Shown here piece by piece: positions 25,791-38,532 of a DNA stretch of 64,000 bases (its first letter is position 1; every line of letters begins with the position of its first letter). Location of the stretch: assembly GCF_018350175.1 (NCBI RefSeq), contig NC_058368.1, forward strand, positions 236,346,001-236,410,000, in the 5' to 3' direction. Origin of the DNA: Felis catus. Taxonomy: Eukaryota. A program made the position numbers and the translations under genes. The notes below the pieces were generated by a model. The model was not told where the DNA came from. It was given only the letters and a program-made list of their open reading frames with translations, and searched no databases.

Positions 25791-26592
25791 AGGTCAAGGA
25801 AATCACTTAATAGTAACGAATTCCTATAAAATCAGTAAAGAATAGAAGGGTCAAGGAAAGTTGTAATTTACATTGAGATGATATTCCTCTGGACAAAGTA
25901 CCCTTAGATTTTATATCCATAGAGTAGATTTTCTGACTGCTGTAAGCAGAGTGGAAGAAGGCATTTACATGGGAAAGAGCGCCTTGAAGAACCATCCCAG
26001 GGACCACTGGAGGGGTCACGGCGCCGAACTGGCACCTGCAGAAGACAGGGCCGTGCGCAAACCCCGCACTGTCATTCGACGCTGTGGGCCTGCCCGAGTG
26101 TGCCCTTCTCTGTGCTCCCTGCAGACCCGCCATCCCCATTTCCGGGAGAGGAAGGTGAGGTTGTGCCTGATTGCCGCTCATCTCGAGATCCTAAGCCCTG
26201 AGCTCCGGGCAGACCTCTTTCCTTCCCCACCTCTGTGATCTGCACAGCCTGCATTTCCCTCTGCCTCACTGACGATTCCTTCCGGGTCCCAGTCTCCCTC
26301 ATGTTCCTGAAGTCCTCCCCATGTTCTGTCCTCCCTGTCAACCCAGTGCACCTCCCCTGAGCCCAAGCCCTGAGCTAGCAGCTCTCTTCGTGTTGGTGAT
26401 GGCAAGTCACTATGTCTGCTCATACTGTTCACCCGAGCTCCTGGCTCACGATTCCAGATTTCTAGTAGGCATTTCCAAGTGACGCCCCGGGAAATGTCCT
26501 ACACCTTGAGTACCCTGGAGCCTGGGGCACATCCTCCTTGTTTCCCAAGAGACACATCTCAGAGATTGGCAAGTGGTATTACTATTTTTAAT

Positions 26593-26613
26593 GTGTATTT
26601 ATTTATTTTGAGG

Positions 26614-26645
<32 letters not shown>

Positions 26646-26759
26646 ATCCCAAGTGGGTTCTGCACTGACTGTGAGACTCAATCTCAAAAACCATGAGATC
26701 ATGACCTCAGCTGAAGTCAAGAGTGGAACACTTATCTGACTGAGCTACCCAGGTGACCC
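26593..26759 (-). mobile_element. Can-SINE (internally shortened)
   Basis: Perfect 19-bp TSD tggtattactatttttaat at 26574-26592 and 26762-26780. Confidence 0.95.
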
Positions 26760-27699
26760 AATGGTATTACTATTTTTAATTGTCGAAATAGCAGCTAAAT
26801 TAAACTCGAACTAGAGTTAGTGAATCCAGATGGGACAAATCCAGCTATCCTGTAGCGACCACGTGGATCTAGTCTCCATTAGAACTTGACCTTAATGGAG
26901 GCCTTAGGCAATTCTGGACGGCTGAGGCAAAATAATAACTCTTGATGCCGAAAATGTGCACATTTCAGAAGATCCACTGATGGTCGACTAGACCACAGGT
27001 ACATATACAAGTTATGTGATTTTACACATTTTAGTATCACTGATAAACGGGTATTACGTTTAAAAAATACATTCAGCACGAGGAATGAGGAAGTCACCTT
27101 CGTAAACAAAGAATAAAAGGGAACACTGAAGTCATACCAGAATAATATTGTGCTCTTGACTTTTCACATGAGGGGTTTTGAGAGGCTAAAAGAAAGGCAT
27201 CAGAGACGTTTCCCTACAGATGTTCTAAGGTCCACAAGGCGGTGTGAGCAGAGCTCCTGGTCTGTGGGCAACTCTCCGTGGTGCCTTGGGGATCACTTCT
27301 GTAGATGCGTTCAGTGAATAGCCAGCAAGTGTGAAATCAATGTCGGTATCATGGATGGGAAGATGATAAAATGAATCTCTACCCTTAAGGCTTTGGGTGA
27401 AAATGAATAACCGAATAGAAAACCGGATGGATAACACCTTCAGGCTTGTATAGAAGGCTCGGTTTGGGGGTGAGGGAGATTTGAAACCTCACCCCACAGA
27501 CACCGGGCAGTAGTCCCTGACACTGACTCAGCACACACCGCCTGGCAGACACTGAGCTCTGTCCACTCACTTGCCCACAATGAGCCTGAGCTCTAATGTA
27601 GGGACTGAGAGGTCCAGGTCAGAGGTAACACTACTAGCTCAAGGTCATAGGAAGGGAAGTGACGGGGTTCCTGGAAAACCTGGGTAGCTTAAGTGCGGC

Positions 27700-27865
27700 C
27701 ACCAGAGAATAGTCTTGGCCAGTATTCATGACCTTGAGGAGACATTTTTTATCCTTGGAACTCGGTTCTCTCAGATCTGAAAATGGGAAGAGCATCTCGC
27801 CATAACCAGTGGGAATTACGTGTGAAGCCGACGTGAAACCCCAGCTCAGCACATTCAGGCCGAAC
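27700..27865 (+). mobile_element. MIR fragment
   Basis: tgaccttgagg...ctcggttctctcagatctgaaaatggg. Confidence 0.6.
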
Positions 27866-28808
27866 TCATGAAAGGCAGGTTCCCTCCATTTCCCATAATC
27901 CCAAACAGATCTTATAATGTAAGGAAGGCAAACAAATCCTGAAGGTCCAATGGAACGTACACGTAGTTGACAGTCGCAAAACACTCTTCATCCTAATTAT
28001 ACACGATAACGAAAAGACATTGACCACTTTTCATTAAATTTATTTGCAGGTTTTCTTTTTTATAATTCCCACATCTACGTTAGGAGATAGATATTGCCAT
28101 CTCTGCAGAAATAAAAATGAATTTGAGAGAATATAAAATGAGAATCGATTCTAGGTCACAGTAACATGTAACATGTAAATCATGTGGAAACTGTAACATG
28201 AGCGTCTATACCATCAGGTTTATTCAAAATCTCAGCAGCTCACTCCATTGGATACAGCTCTGTATTTGAATACATTTTCCCTTAAAGCCCAGAGTAGTAT
28301 TACCAATGGCCGATGGGCCAGTAGTACCGAATCCCCATACCCACCTCTGGTTTATCTCTCCTACTTATTTATCCATATCCTATGATTACTTGGTTGGTTT
28401 CTTCATTGGTGAACTGCACGTAAAGGGTAGATTTTACTACTGAGGTGACATAGGACACCCTGGCTTACGTATACACCAACATTCAAGGTGTACCCTTCCG
28501 TCTTTCAAATGCACGTGAGTGGGAAAATGGGGGAAGCAAGGGGACTGAGTGCAATAATCCCCTGCAGGCTGATGGTTAATCGTTCTGAAAATGAAAAATG
28601 CATCACAGAAAACACAGAAGCAATTTAAGTCAAAGCTAGTAAAGCTCAATTTTATAAGTCACGTCTCTATTGGCTGAATATGGTCCATGGTACTTTCTGT
28701 CGCATTCCTGTGCACTCCGGGACACAGAACACAGCACTCTTGTTGTGACGACCTTGTCCCACAGCTCAGCGGTTCCCTTTCCAGCCTGCACCCTGAAGCA
28801 GCCCTGGA

Positions 28809-29462
28809 AGGCGATATCTAGCAGAACTTTCCACGACGGTGGCAATGGTCTATCTTTGCGCCTTCTAGCACCATAGCCCCTAGCCACATGCGGCTAATCA
28901 GGCAAAGGAGGGACTTTTCTTTCTTTCTTTCTTTTGATTGGGGCAAAATACACATAACGTGTAATGTGACATTTTAATCATTGTCAAGTGGACAGTTCCG
29001 TGGAATCAAGTCTGTTTGTCATAGTTCTTCAGCCATCATCAGGAGCCATTTCCAGAAATGTTTTCATCTTATAAACTGCAAGTCTGTACCCATTACGCAA
29101 CGAGTCTAGATACCTCATATGAGTGGACCTGTACAATTGATGTCGTCTCGTGACTGGCTTATTTCGCTCAGCACGATGTCCTCAAGCTTCATCTGTGTGC
29201 AGCAGGGGTCGGAATCCTTTTCCTTCTTAAGGCGGAATGATATTCCGAGGTGCACATACAGCACATTAGTTTGTCCTTCAACCTGGTGATGGACACTTGG
29301 GGCGCGCCCACCTTTGGGCTACGATGAATAATGCTTCCATGGACAGGAGCGCACAGATAACTCTTTGAGACCTCAGGAACTAAATTGTTAATTTCATCTG
29401 ACTTTCACCAATTTAAATGTAAGTAGCCACAGGCGGCTTGTGGCCACCATATCGGACAGTGG
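28809..29462 (+). mobile_element. MER3-like hAT-Charlie element split by an L1 insertion (halves at about 28809-28918 and 29375-29462)
   Basis: Left half agaactttccacgacggtggcaatggtcta...tagcccctagccacatgcggcta. Right half ggaactaaattgttaatt...gtagccacaggcggcttgtggccaccatatcggacag. Confidence 0.8.
28919..29374 (-). mobile_element. L1 (L1MB-type) 3' end
   Basis: T tail, tctagatacctcatatgagtgg, gtgactggcttatttcgctcagcacgatgtcctcaag and gatggacacttggg. Confidence 0.88.
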
Positions 29463-29779
29463 CCTCAGAGATTAATCTGGATCACGGAGCTCCTCTGAGT
29501 TACTAGTCTGGCAACTCTCACGTCACAGGTCTCAGTGAGAAACAGGCAGATGGGGATAGTTTAGCATCTTTATACTAGGTCTGGCCTCCGCTTAATCCGG
29601 CTGGTTGCCCTTTGAGTTGCTCTGAAATGCTGACACGGGCTGGAAAGTGGGACCGCTGCAGACGTGCGCAGTGTCGCCGTGAGGTGAAACACGTTTGTTT
29701 CTATCTGTTCTACCTGAAGAGTCAGAACGCCCCGCCCCTGAGCCTGTCCCCTGTCTCTTGAATGGAATGCCAGCGACGG

Positions 29780-30180
29780 CTCCGCCATTAGGATCAATAT
29801 CCCAGCCATTATGTTGGCAAAGAGGCAGCAAATCACATTTACGTGGATTGTCAGCCTCATTATTATAAGCAGATGGCAGTCCGTGCACTACAATGCGGGC
29901 CCGAAAAGACTGACATTATTTCAAATTAAAATCTATAATGCTAATACACATCTCCGAGTCTTTGTGCCGGGCCTGAGTGCATTAATCTTCTGAATGATTT
30001 GCTGATGTGCACGCCGCTCTAGCTGTTTTCACATGAGTGGAGCTAAAAGGAGGCCTTTTAACTGAGAATGGTTAACATTTATTCATACAGATTGATAAAA
30101 GCCAACATGCAATTTTCTTTACTAGTAGCTCCCTAATAGGAATTAATGGACATTTTAAAGAGAAATTCCAAGTTCAAGGA
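29780..30180. promoter_or_regulatory. Candidate conserved non-coding element or enhancer
   Basis: Repeat-free, with many TAAT/ATTA sites, an E-box CAGATG near 29869 and ACAATG near 29890. Confidence 0.4.
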
Positions 30181-31319
30181 ACCCAGAAAGAAATACTCCA
30201 ACCCGGGAGAGGCAATGTCATGCCCCTGTGCCGACCACAACTTCGTCAGATTTTATATTCATTTAACGCGCTGTCACGGGGCTTCTTTTTACCGGAGGTA
30301 GAATATGGAAAACGCCACAGAGCACGACTGTGAGGAGATCCTCGGTTTAAAAGAGGTTTTTCACCAGCGACTATGGAATTGGGGCTTTCAAACTGGAAAA
30401 CAAGATGAAGAAAAGTTTTTATGAAAAGACTGGGTCCTGCTTTGCAGCTCCTCCATGAAAAGCCACTCTATGTTTTTTCAAAGATGGCATTCTTTTAGAC
30501 CATAAGCCCATATGAGTTTCCTTTTCTCTTACAAAGTGAGGCATGGATTCTACTCACAAAGCATTTGCAGAAATGAAAGTTTAGCATGGGATGGGATCGT
30601 GTTTGTGCACGGTTCGGATTCTCCAGTTGTTTTTTTGGACGTGCTCTAAGATTTATCATAGTTAAAGTATGTGTCGAAACATCATAGTGTTCTGATATGA
30701 AAACTATTATTTATTTTCTTGTTTAATATTTAAGGAGGTGACCTAATTGCTACGAAGCATACCCACTTGAACTCATGTATAACCAAAAACAGGAATATTT
30801 CCCTAATAGACTGGAAACTATATTTTAAACAAAACAAGAACTTTTTTTTTTTTTTAGTACAGAACAGAGTCCTTAAACATAGGAAAATGTGTAAGACATA
30901 ATTTATTAACTAGGATAATAAAAGGTGGTAGAATTATGGGCTGGAAGTGACATTTGCACTGAAAAGATTCCAATTAATTAGAAAAAAATTTATCTACCAA
31001 GACAGGTCAGAACCAAAGATGCAATCCACTGGGTGAGTTTGTACAAAGATGCTCGTAAGATAAGCTTGCTTGTCCGTTCCTATTAAAGAGGTTAATTATA
31101 CACCCCATCCAATAAAACCAAATGAGGTAATGTCTTGTTTATCCAATAACCCAAACGTTGGCAAGTCTGTTGCCCAGAGCACAGCTACAAAACCTCACAG
31201 AGGGAACCCGGGCCTCAGAGCTGCACGGAGACCGACTTTAACCAAGTCCTTGCACGTAACTCTGCAAAAAGAATCAGTCGTGGAATTTCAGAAAATAAAG
31301 AACTTTAGGGATCACTTAC

Positions 31320-31400
31320 TTTGACCCTCTAATTTTACAGATGAGAACACTGGGGCTTGGATGGTCACGTGTGTTATTGGACAGCACACGCTGCACGGGC
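31320..31400 (-). mobile_element. MIR fragment
   Basis: attttacagatgagaacactggggct. Confidence 0.65.
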
Positions 31401-31490
31401 CTGGGTCGCGCAGGACACCTCCACGCAGCATCCCCCAGGCGTCAAGGGCACCTCTGCGCCTCCCTCCCTGCCTGGGGCTGATGGAACGTC

Positions 31491-32418
31491 TGTGGATTTG
31501 GCAGAACTTCCGGGTGGCCACGTTTCCCTCCCCATGATGTAAAACCCCTCTCGTTGAGGGTGGGCAGCACTGAATAGGACGCTGTGTTCAAATCCCGGCA
31601 CTTTCACAACAAGCCACAGGCCAGGTGGCTTAAACAACAGGAATGTATTGTCTCACGGTTCTGGAGGCTGGAGGTCCAAGGCCGAAGCATCAACAGGGCT
31701 GGCTCCTTCGGAGGCTGGGAGGGACAGTCTGGTCCAGGCCACTCCCTGGATTCCAGTGACTGGCTGTAATCTTTGGTGTCGTGTGGCTACTGGAAACATC
31801 CCCCACCTCTGCTTTGTGTTCACACGGCTTCTCCTGAGTGTGTGTGTAGGTGCCCAAGCCCTCCCCTCCCCCTTATAGAAGGACACCCATCATGTTGGAG
31901 TCTACCTAATGACCTCCCCTTAAATTAACTGTATCTGCCAAGACGCTCTTTGCAAATAAGGTCATATTCACAGGTTCTGGGGGTTAAGACTTGGACGTAT
32001 TTTCTGGGGGAAAACAATGCAGCCCTTAGCACCTATGATTTGGGGGGATTCTGCAAGTGTAATTGAAGCCCCCAGCCAGTTGAACGTTAGGTATTCAGAG
32101 GGCGGATTATCCTGGTATACCTCACCTCCTTGGGTGAGTCCTTTACACAAAAGTCTGCAGGGGAGTCTTTTCAAGCAGAGGTGTCTCCTTTGGCCTTGAA
32201 GAGGAGAGAGCTGACAGCAGGGAAGGGAGGCAGCCTCTGGGGCTGGGAGCTCCATCCTCTAGGACAGGAAATGAGGTCCCCCACCACACCCTGACTGCAG
32301 CCCAGGTGACCGTCAGCAGAAGGGCCAGAGTCCTGACCTCCTGACACCGAGATAACCGACGTGCATAGTTGCAGCCGGTTCGTGATAGTTTGCTATGCAT
32401 CGGTAGTTAACTAATACA
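31491..32418 (+). mobile_element. MaLR LTR (MLT1E-like), split into 31491-31582 and 32032-32418 by a second LTR
   Basis: 5' part tgtggatttggcagaac...cccctctcgttgagggtgggc. 3' part gggattctgcaagtgtaattgaag...ggattatcctgg ending in taactaataca. Confidence 0.75.
31583..32031 (-). mobile_element. MaLR solo LTR (MLT1B/C-like)
   Basis: ggtggcttaaacaacaggaatgtattgtctcacggttctggaggctgg, aaggacacc and caaataaggtcatattcacaggttctgggggttaagactt. Confidence 0.92.
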
Positions 32419-33651
32419 CCCAGCACCCTCTACCTGTACCACGTTAAGGTCCTCATGTATGAGATTGAAACATACATTAAATAAACATAAGTTCCACCCC
32501 AGCCTACAACCCCAAGCTTTCTCTGTTGTAGCAAAGTTCACTATCGGGTAACTCAGGGTTATCAAAAAAAAAAAGAGGCAAATTTTGTAATGTTAGGAGC
32601 GGAAGGTACGTTACATATACATTAGACACAGGTCAATGCCATCATGGGTTCATTGAAGAAGCACTCGCCTGAAGAAACGTTCAGTTTATTGGAAAATGCA
32701 GCTGAATGGAAAACCTCCAGTTCAACAATGCCAGCCGCCAATCAATTGCTTCAGCACTATCTTTTAGCTACAGAAGGGACATAGGATCTCACGGATCAAA
32801 CCGTTAGGGCCTTTTCTCCCAAAGTTAAAGTGAATCCCTAAACTGCTGTTGCCGTTTCAGACATCCCTTGCCACCCACCCTGCGTGTGTCCACGACGCAG
32901 GGGGTCATTCGTGCGTTCCTTCCTTTCACCACCACGTGCTCCGTGTCGACTGCCGACTCACTACTTTCCTGGGGACTGGAACCAAAACACACGTTTCCCT
33001 CTTTGGGGGAGCTGACATTTGAGCGGGAGTGAAGTTCATGTCACAAGGGTAATCTTATTAATTTCTCAATATCTACTGTGAATCCTCACGAAGCTCTAAG
33101 ACATTTTAGCTTTTGTAATATGCGTACTTGCACACAAAGATGGGCCTTTGTTTCCATCTCCCTTGTTTTCTTCTGAAGGTGCGGGGAGGCGGACGATGAG
33201 TTAACCTCTGACGTGTGGCACGGAGGGCGAGGAGAGCATCTGGCCCGAGAGCCAGAGCTGGCCAGGCCGCCCGTCGGCCACGTCATGCGGGCTGAGTTTC
33301 GGCATCCCTGTTGTAAATAAACGGACGACAGTGCCCACTTCCCAAGGCCGTTTGGATGCCAGATACAGTGACGAGTATGAAAAGAATCTGGGTTCTGAGG
33401 ACTGAGACTTGCGGACCTGGCGCTCAACTCGCACTTGCTTCTCAACTCCTCTAGTGCGTGCCGTGTGTTAATGGCCATCTTTCAAATAAACTCCTGTGTA
33501 TTAAAAAGCAGAGAAAAAAAAAGCCACTAATGCCAATACATTTACACTGTATGAAGACAGAAAACAGGTGTCAGAGTGGAAGACACACAGCGGCTTGTCC
33601 ACTGGAAGTTTCTGTGCTGCGGCCAACTAGCCCGTTTCGCCCTATGAGGGT

Positions 33652-33654
<3 letters not shown>

Positions 33655-33700
<46 letters not shown>
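33655..33700. repeat. (TC)n microsatellite
   Basis: About 23 perfect TC units. Confidence 0.98.
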
Positions 33701-33705
<5 letters not shown>

Positions 33706-34630
33706 TGCTCCACCGTATTATGTCCGACTTTATGAGGCCCCTCAGCTGACTCTCAAGACACGATGCTCCTCTCATCACTGTATTGGGTTTGAGCTGCGGA
33801 AGCTCGCTGGTCCGGTCGTCCGGAGTACATGCCCTGGAGAGGGTGTCGTGTGTCCCACAGCGGGCCGGAGGACTGGAGCGAGATTCCCAGACACGGGAAA
33901 AGGGTCCTACGTGAACCTGGTGCTGGGGACCCAGGGCTGGCAAGGCCTCAGGAGCATCGTAATATGCTGTGACTGATATGTCTCACCTTGAAAACCGCTG
34001 CTGACCCGTCTGGTGCTGCACTGCCCTTGAGCGGGACTGAGTTCTTCCTGACGCTGGGTTTCGTCTTCCCAGCCTGCCTTGAACCCTCTTCTGTGACGCT
34101 TGTGTCCCCGCTCTGCCACGGAAAGTGCCCTTGTGAGAGGCAGCGGCGACCTTCCCGTTGTGAAAGGCGGTGGCCGGGTCTCAGTCTGATGTGGTCTGTC
34201 CCACGGGCAGCGTGTGCAATGGTCGACCAGAGCTCCCTCTTCAGAAGTCTCTGTCTCGCCGGGTCGTGGAACGCAGCACCCCTTCCCAGGTTCCCTCGAC
34301 CTCACCGGCTGCCCCTGCTCAGAGGGAGAAGTAACTTTTTTGAGACTTTCTTTTAATTTTCCCAACCTCCTGAAGCGCGTGTGCTGTGGACTCTGCCCTC
34401 AAACCCCTTCTCCGTCTGGATTATTCCCTGTGATGCTGTCGAGAACCCCAAGTTTCTGCTTCTTGGCTTGGCTTTCCTCTGAGCCTTTCACTTTGGGGAG
34501 CATTCTCTGTGGCCCAAGCCCTCTGATGCTGATGGCCATGCTCGAGCTAGGCAAGGAAATTGAGGCACAGGGGAGGAGCGAGCTAGCTCAATTTGGAATC
34601 AGGTCCAGGTTCCTGGGTTGGTATTTTTAA

Positions 34631-34845
34631 AAATTATTTTGTAACGTTTATTTCTGAGAAAGAGAAAACAGACAGAGAGTGAGCAGGGGAGGGGCAGAGA
34701 GAGCGGGAGACACAGAATCCGAAGCGGGCTCCGGGTTCTGAGCCGTCAGCCCAGAGCCCGACGCGGGGCTCGAACTCCGAGAACCGTGAGGTCATGACCT
34801 GAGCCGAAGTCAGAAGCTTCACCGCCTGGGCCACCCAGGTGCCCC
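34631..34845 (-). mobile_element. Can-SINE next to a MIR fragment (about 34500-34615)
   Basis: Canonical body. TSD ctgggttggtatttttaa / ctgggctggtattcttaa. Confidence 0.96.
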
Positions 34846-35599
34846 CTGGGCTGGTATTCTTAACTGCTATTCTAGTCAACTCTAAATGGCCGGTAAACCT
34901 CTTAGGAGGCAGAAAGACGCAGGTTTTCAACTGTTTGGTTATGAATTCTCCTGTCTCTTATACTACCGGGTATATATTGGCTCTGTTCATCCAATAAATA
35001 ATTATCAAGCCCTTCACACGTTTCACATGAGGGCTCACATCTATACCACAATTTGTGGTCTCCAGAATGATTTCAATATGCTTTCTTAGGTGATTTTCCC
35101 CAGAAGTCCCTATAATACAGGACAAGGATTTTTGTTATCAAGTCGACTTCTTGCATCAGCTTCCTACTTGAGCAAGTCCTTTCCTCCAACTCAGAGTATC
35201 CGAGAAGCCCTCTTTGGGTCGCCTAACGGTGCCTTAGCTTGGACGGCCCCCCATCTTGTTCACATCCTGTTCTGCACGCGTCACCCAGACCCTGTGGCAG
35301 TGAGCTCCTTGGACGGTCACCTTGGAGGTCCTGAGCACATCCTCTCCCGGGTCACTGCCTTTGCCAACTGCTCATGCGACTGGGCATCGGCTCTGTCCTG
35401 GGAAGACGCAGGGAAACAAAGCAGGAACTCGGGGTGAGAATCTGGGTTCTCTGTATCCCGGTGGGGAGACTTCCAGGCAGTCTGTGACACAGTGTGGTCC
35501 CCGAGCCACACTGATGTCAGATGTTGCTTTGCTCTGCAAGTTAGCGCTTTAAGCCTTGTAACTTGGGTAGCTGCTTTGTTATCCCAGTTTTATTTTTAG

Positions 35600-35900
35600 A
35601 GCCAGAGCAGACACAATCAATTTAATTCCAGTGCTCTGATCATAAACCTCCATGTTAATATTGCCCCTTTAAATCAAGTGTTTATGGGTCCTATAAGCAC
35701 CACCTGGAAATTTTACCTTAAGGTCCTAAAGTCATTTGGCTACAAATTACTTAATATTTTCTTGCACCTATTTCCGTGGTCTGGATTTGATTATTTCTAA
35801 TTATCATAAATGCCCCTCTGCATTCCAGACTTGTACTGGTTCAGTCACTCCACCGGCCAGATATTTTATGTTCATGTTCAGAATCAAAGAGGGCAGAGTC
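35600..35900. promoter_or_regulatory. Candidate enhancer with posterior-HOX/CDX-type sites
   Basis: CATAAA at 35641 and 35805, TTTATGG at 35681, TTTATG at 35865 and ATCAAT near 35616. Confidence 0.35.
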
Positions 35901-37041
35901 CTAAGTCGTGCCTGCTTCCCCAGCCCAGGGGTGAGACTTTGAACAACCTCCAACCCCTGATTGTGCAGGAGACAGAGAGACCTTTTTCCAATGCCGGATG
36001 ATCCGATTCCGCCGGAGATTGTTGTCTTTCCCTCCTAAAAATAACACTCGCTTTGCACAAACAACACTATCGCAGATACCATGAGAGGGGCTCCTTTGCA
36101 ATTAGCGTAGGTTATGGCTCCCTTTATATATTTGATAATAGTATGAATCCTGACCCCCAACTACAATTCTGTGTGCTCCCTACCTTCAGGGGAGGCCATG
36201 GAGACAATTCCTGCTACAATCTGAGGATTGCAAGAGGCTGGCTCAGCTCCAGGCAGTGCGTCTGGAGGAGAAGCATTCAGAGTTGATGGGTCAATCCCCA
36301 GCCCCCCCAACCTACACCTCCCGTACCCCCGGCCTGCTCTTCCCCCCAGCTCATCCTGCAGACTGAGTGGTCGGAGCAGCTGCTGGTCAGGGCTGTCAAA
36401 AGGTGCGGGGTGAGGAAGCGGAGTTTCGGACGCAGGCCGCCCCTCTGACTCGGCTCTGACCTTTGCCGCTCCAGACGCCTCTGCTTTCTTCGAGAGTGAG
36501 GGGGCCTGACAGAGGCGAGGCCCAGGCGCACATCCTTTCCACTCGCTGTTTGCAAAAACTAGAGACGCTTTCTCTCTACTCTTAATTCCCTTCAAAAATA
36601 CTGACGCATTTCCAGGTTTAACTTGACAAACATTTCTGCCCGGGCTCGCCTCCTCTAGGATCAGGGGTGCAAGGCCAAGAGGAAGGGCTGTGCGGGCTGA
36701 GCCTTCTCCATCCGGGCACCTCACAATGCCTGCTGAGCGCTCAGACCTAAGCTCCGGGGACTTTGGGGACTCCTAAAATAAGGCTGGATTTCTACCATGC
36801 CCTTTTCTTCTTTATCTCCCAAATCCAAGCAAATCATTATCTGACCATGACTAAATGGAAATTGTCCATAGTAAGAAACCAGAGGGGAGTGAAGTAAAGT
36901 CGTTTAAATATCCAAAGCTTCTAGAAAAGAAGATGGGGTCAGATGATTTCAAATTCTGATGTAGACCCAGATCCTGCCACTCTTCAGTTTCCTTCAAGAG
37001 AAACAGTGGCAAAACCACAAGACAAAATAAAACAACACGCC

Positions 37042-37043
<2 letters not shown>

Positions 37044-37081
<38 letters not shown>
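37044..37081. repeat. (CA)n microsatellite
   Basis: About 19 CA units. Confidence 0.98.
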
Positions 37082-37083
<2 letters not shown>

Positions 37084-37210
37084 CATGCACTGTCCTTCTC
37101 TCTTTCATGGTATGGAAATAATTGGGACCACACTTTCAATAAATAAATCTTGATTTAATGAAATACAGACATTCTTATCTTCTCTTTCATCATTAATATC
37201 AGAAATATTA

Positions 37211-37423
37211 GGGGCGCCTGAGTGATTCAGTGGGTTAAACATCTGACTCTTGATTTCGGCTCAGATCACGATCTTACCATTCATGGATTCCAGTCCCCTG
37301 TCCTGCTCTGTGCTGACCGTGCAGAGCCTGCTTGGGATCCTCTGTCTCCCTTGTTCTCTGTCCCTCCCCTGCTCACGTGCTCTGTCTCTCTCTCTCTCAA
37401 AATAGATAAATAAACTTAAAAAA
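37211..37423 (+). mobile_element. Can-SINE
   Basis: ggggcgcctgagtgattcagtgggttaa...(CT)n...aaataaac. TSD agaaatatta / agaaatagta. Confidence 0.95.
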
Positions 37424-37780
37424 AGAAATAGTAACATTAATCGCATTGTTAATGGTAACCTCGAGATGTCTTGCTATAGCCTCACAAACCTGGAAAAACC
37501 AATATTATTTCCTAATGACTTTAGCTGTAAGCTTAATGGATCATTCACTTTTTAAAAAATAAGCACACAAACAAAACGACAAGAAAGGTGTCTGTTTGCA
37601 GTATTAAACTGAAATTTTGGGTTCTTGGAGGCAGAAGGGCATCTCCAGCCAGCCCTAACGGGAACTGGGAGAGGTTGGCGGGTCCCAGAGCCGCAGACAG
37701 AAAGACAGCGATCACAGGAGGGACAACACAGCCACACACGTGGTGCAGAGAACTCAGAGAATAAGAAACAAAACTTCTGG

Positions 37781-37970
37781 GGGGCGCCTAGGAGGCTCCG
37801 TCGGTTGAGCGTCTGACTCTTGATTTCGGCTCGGGTCATGATCTCACGGTTTACGAGTTCGAGTCCCACACAGGGCTCTGTGTTGACAATATGGAGCCTG
37901 CTTGAGATTCTCTGTCCCTCTCTCTCTGTCCCTGCCCCTCCTCAAAATACGTAAGTAAACTTTAAAAAAA
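37781..37970 (+). mobile_element. Can-SINE
   Basis: ggggcgcctaggaggctccgtcggttgagcgtc. Degenerate TSD gaaacaaaacttct / gaaacaagagttct. Confidence 0.95.
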
Positions 37971-38532
37971 TGAAACAAGAGTTCTAGAACAGAGCATACA
38001 ACGCTTTCAGGAAATGCAAACATCACTACCACTCTTTCCCTGGCTCATCTGCCTGGAACTCAGCCTCCAGCTGCTCCAGCGAAACACAGATCTTCTCCTA
38101 CAGCCAACAGGATCTTCTGAGAACAATTCTCAGGCCCTCCAAAGGCAACATATCAAAAGGCCAAGGATTCCTCTTGCCTGACCCCTCCTCGCTCAGCAGG
38201 CCACCTGCCACCTCATGCAGAGCCTGGGTTCTGGCTCCTCCCAGACCCATGGAAGCTGCAGGCCTCTCTCTCTCCGCCTCTGTGCTCCGGTGAGCAGATT
38301 AAATTCTCCCCGACCCCTCTCAGACATGCCGCCGGTCCTCCACTCGCATAGAGAGGGGCCGTCCCCAACGTGCTTCTTGACCTCCAAAGTCCACCCTAAA
38401 CCACCCGCCCCCTACTTTTCTCCTGGATATTCTGTCTACAGAGCAAATCTGTTCAAATCCCACATCTGCTTTTAAAACTAGCTCTAAGAGGTTGCCCGCA
38501 CACCATCCCAGTAACCCACGACCTCTTTCCTC

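Noticed and set aside
27225..27437. Protein-like peptide DTDIDFTLAGYSLNASTEVIPK on the minus strand
   Set aside because: No donor site before the stop codon and no family recognised.
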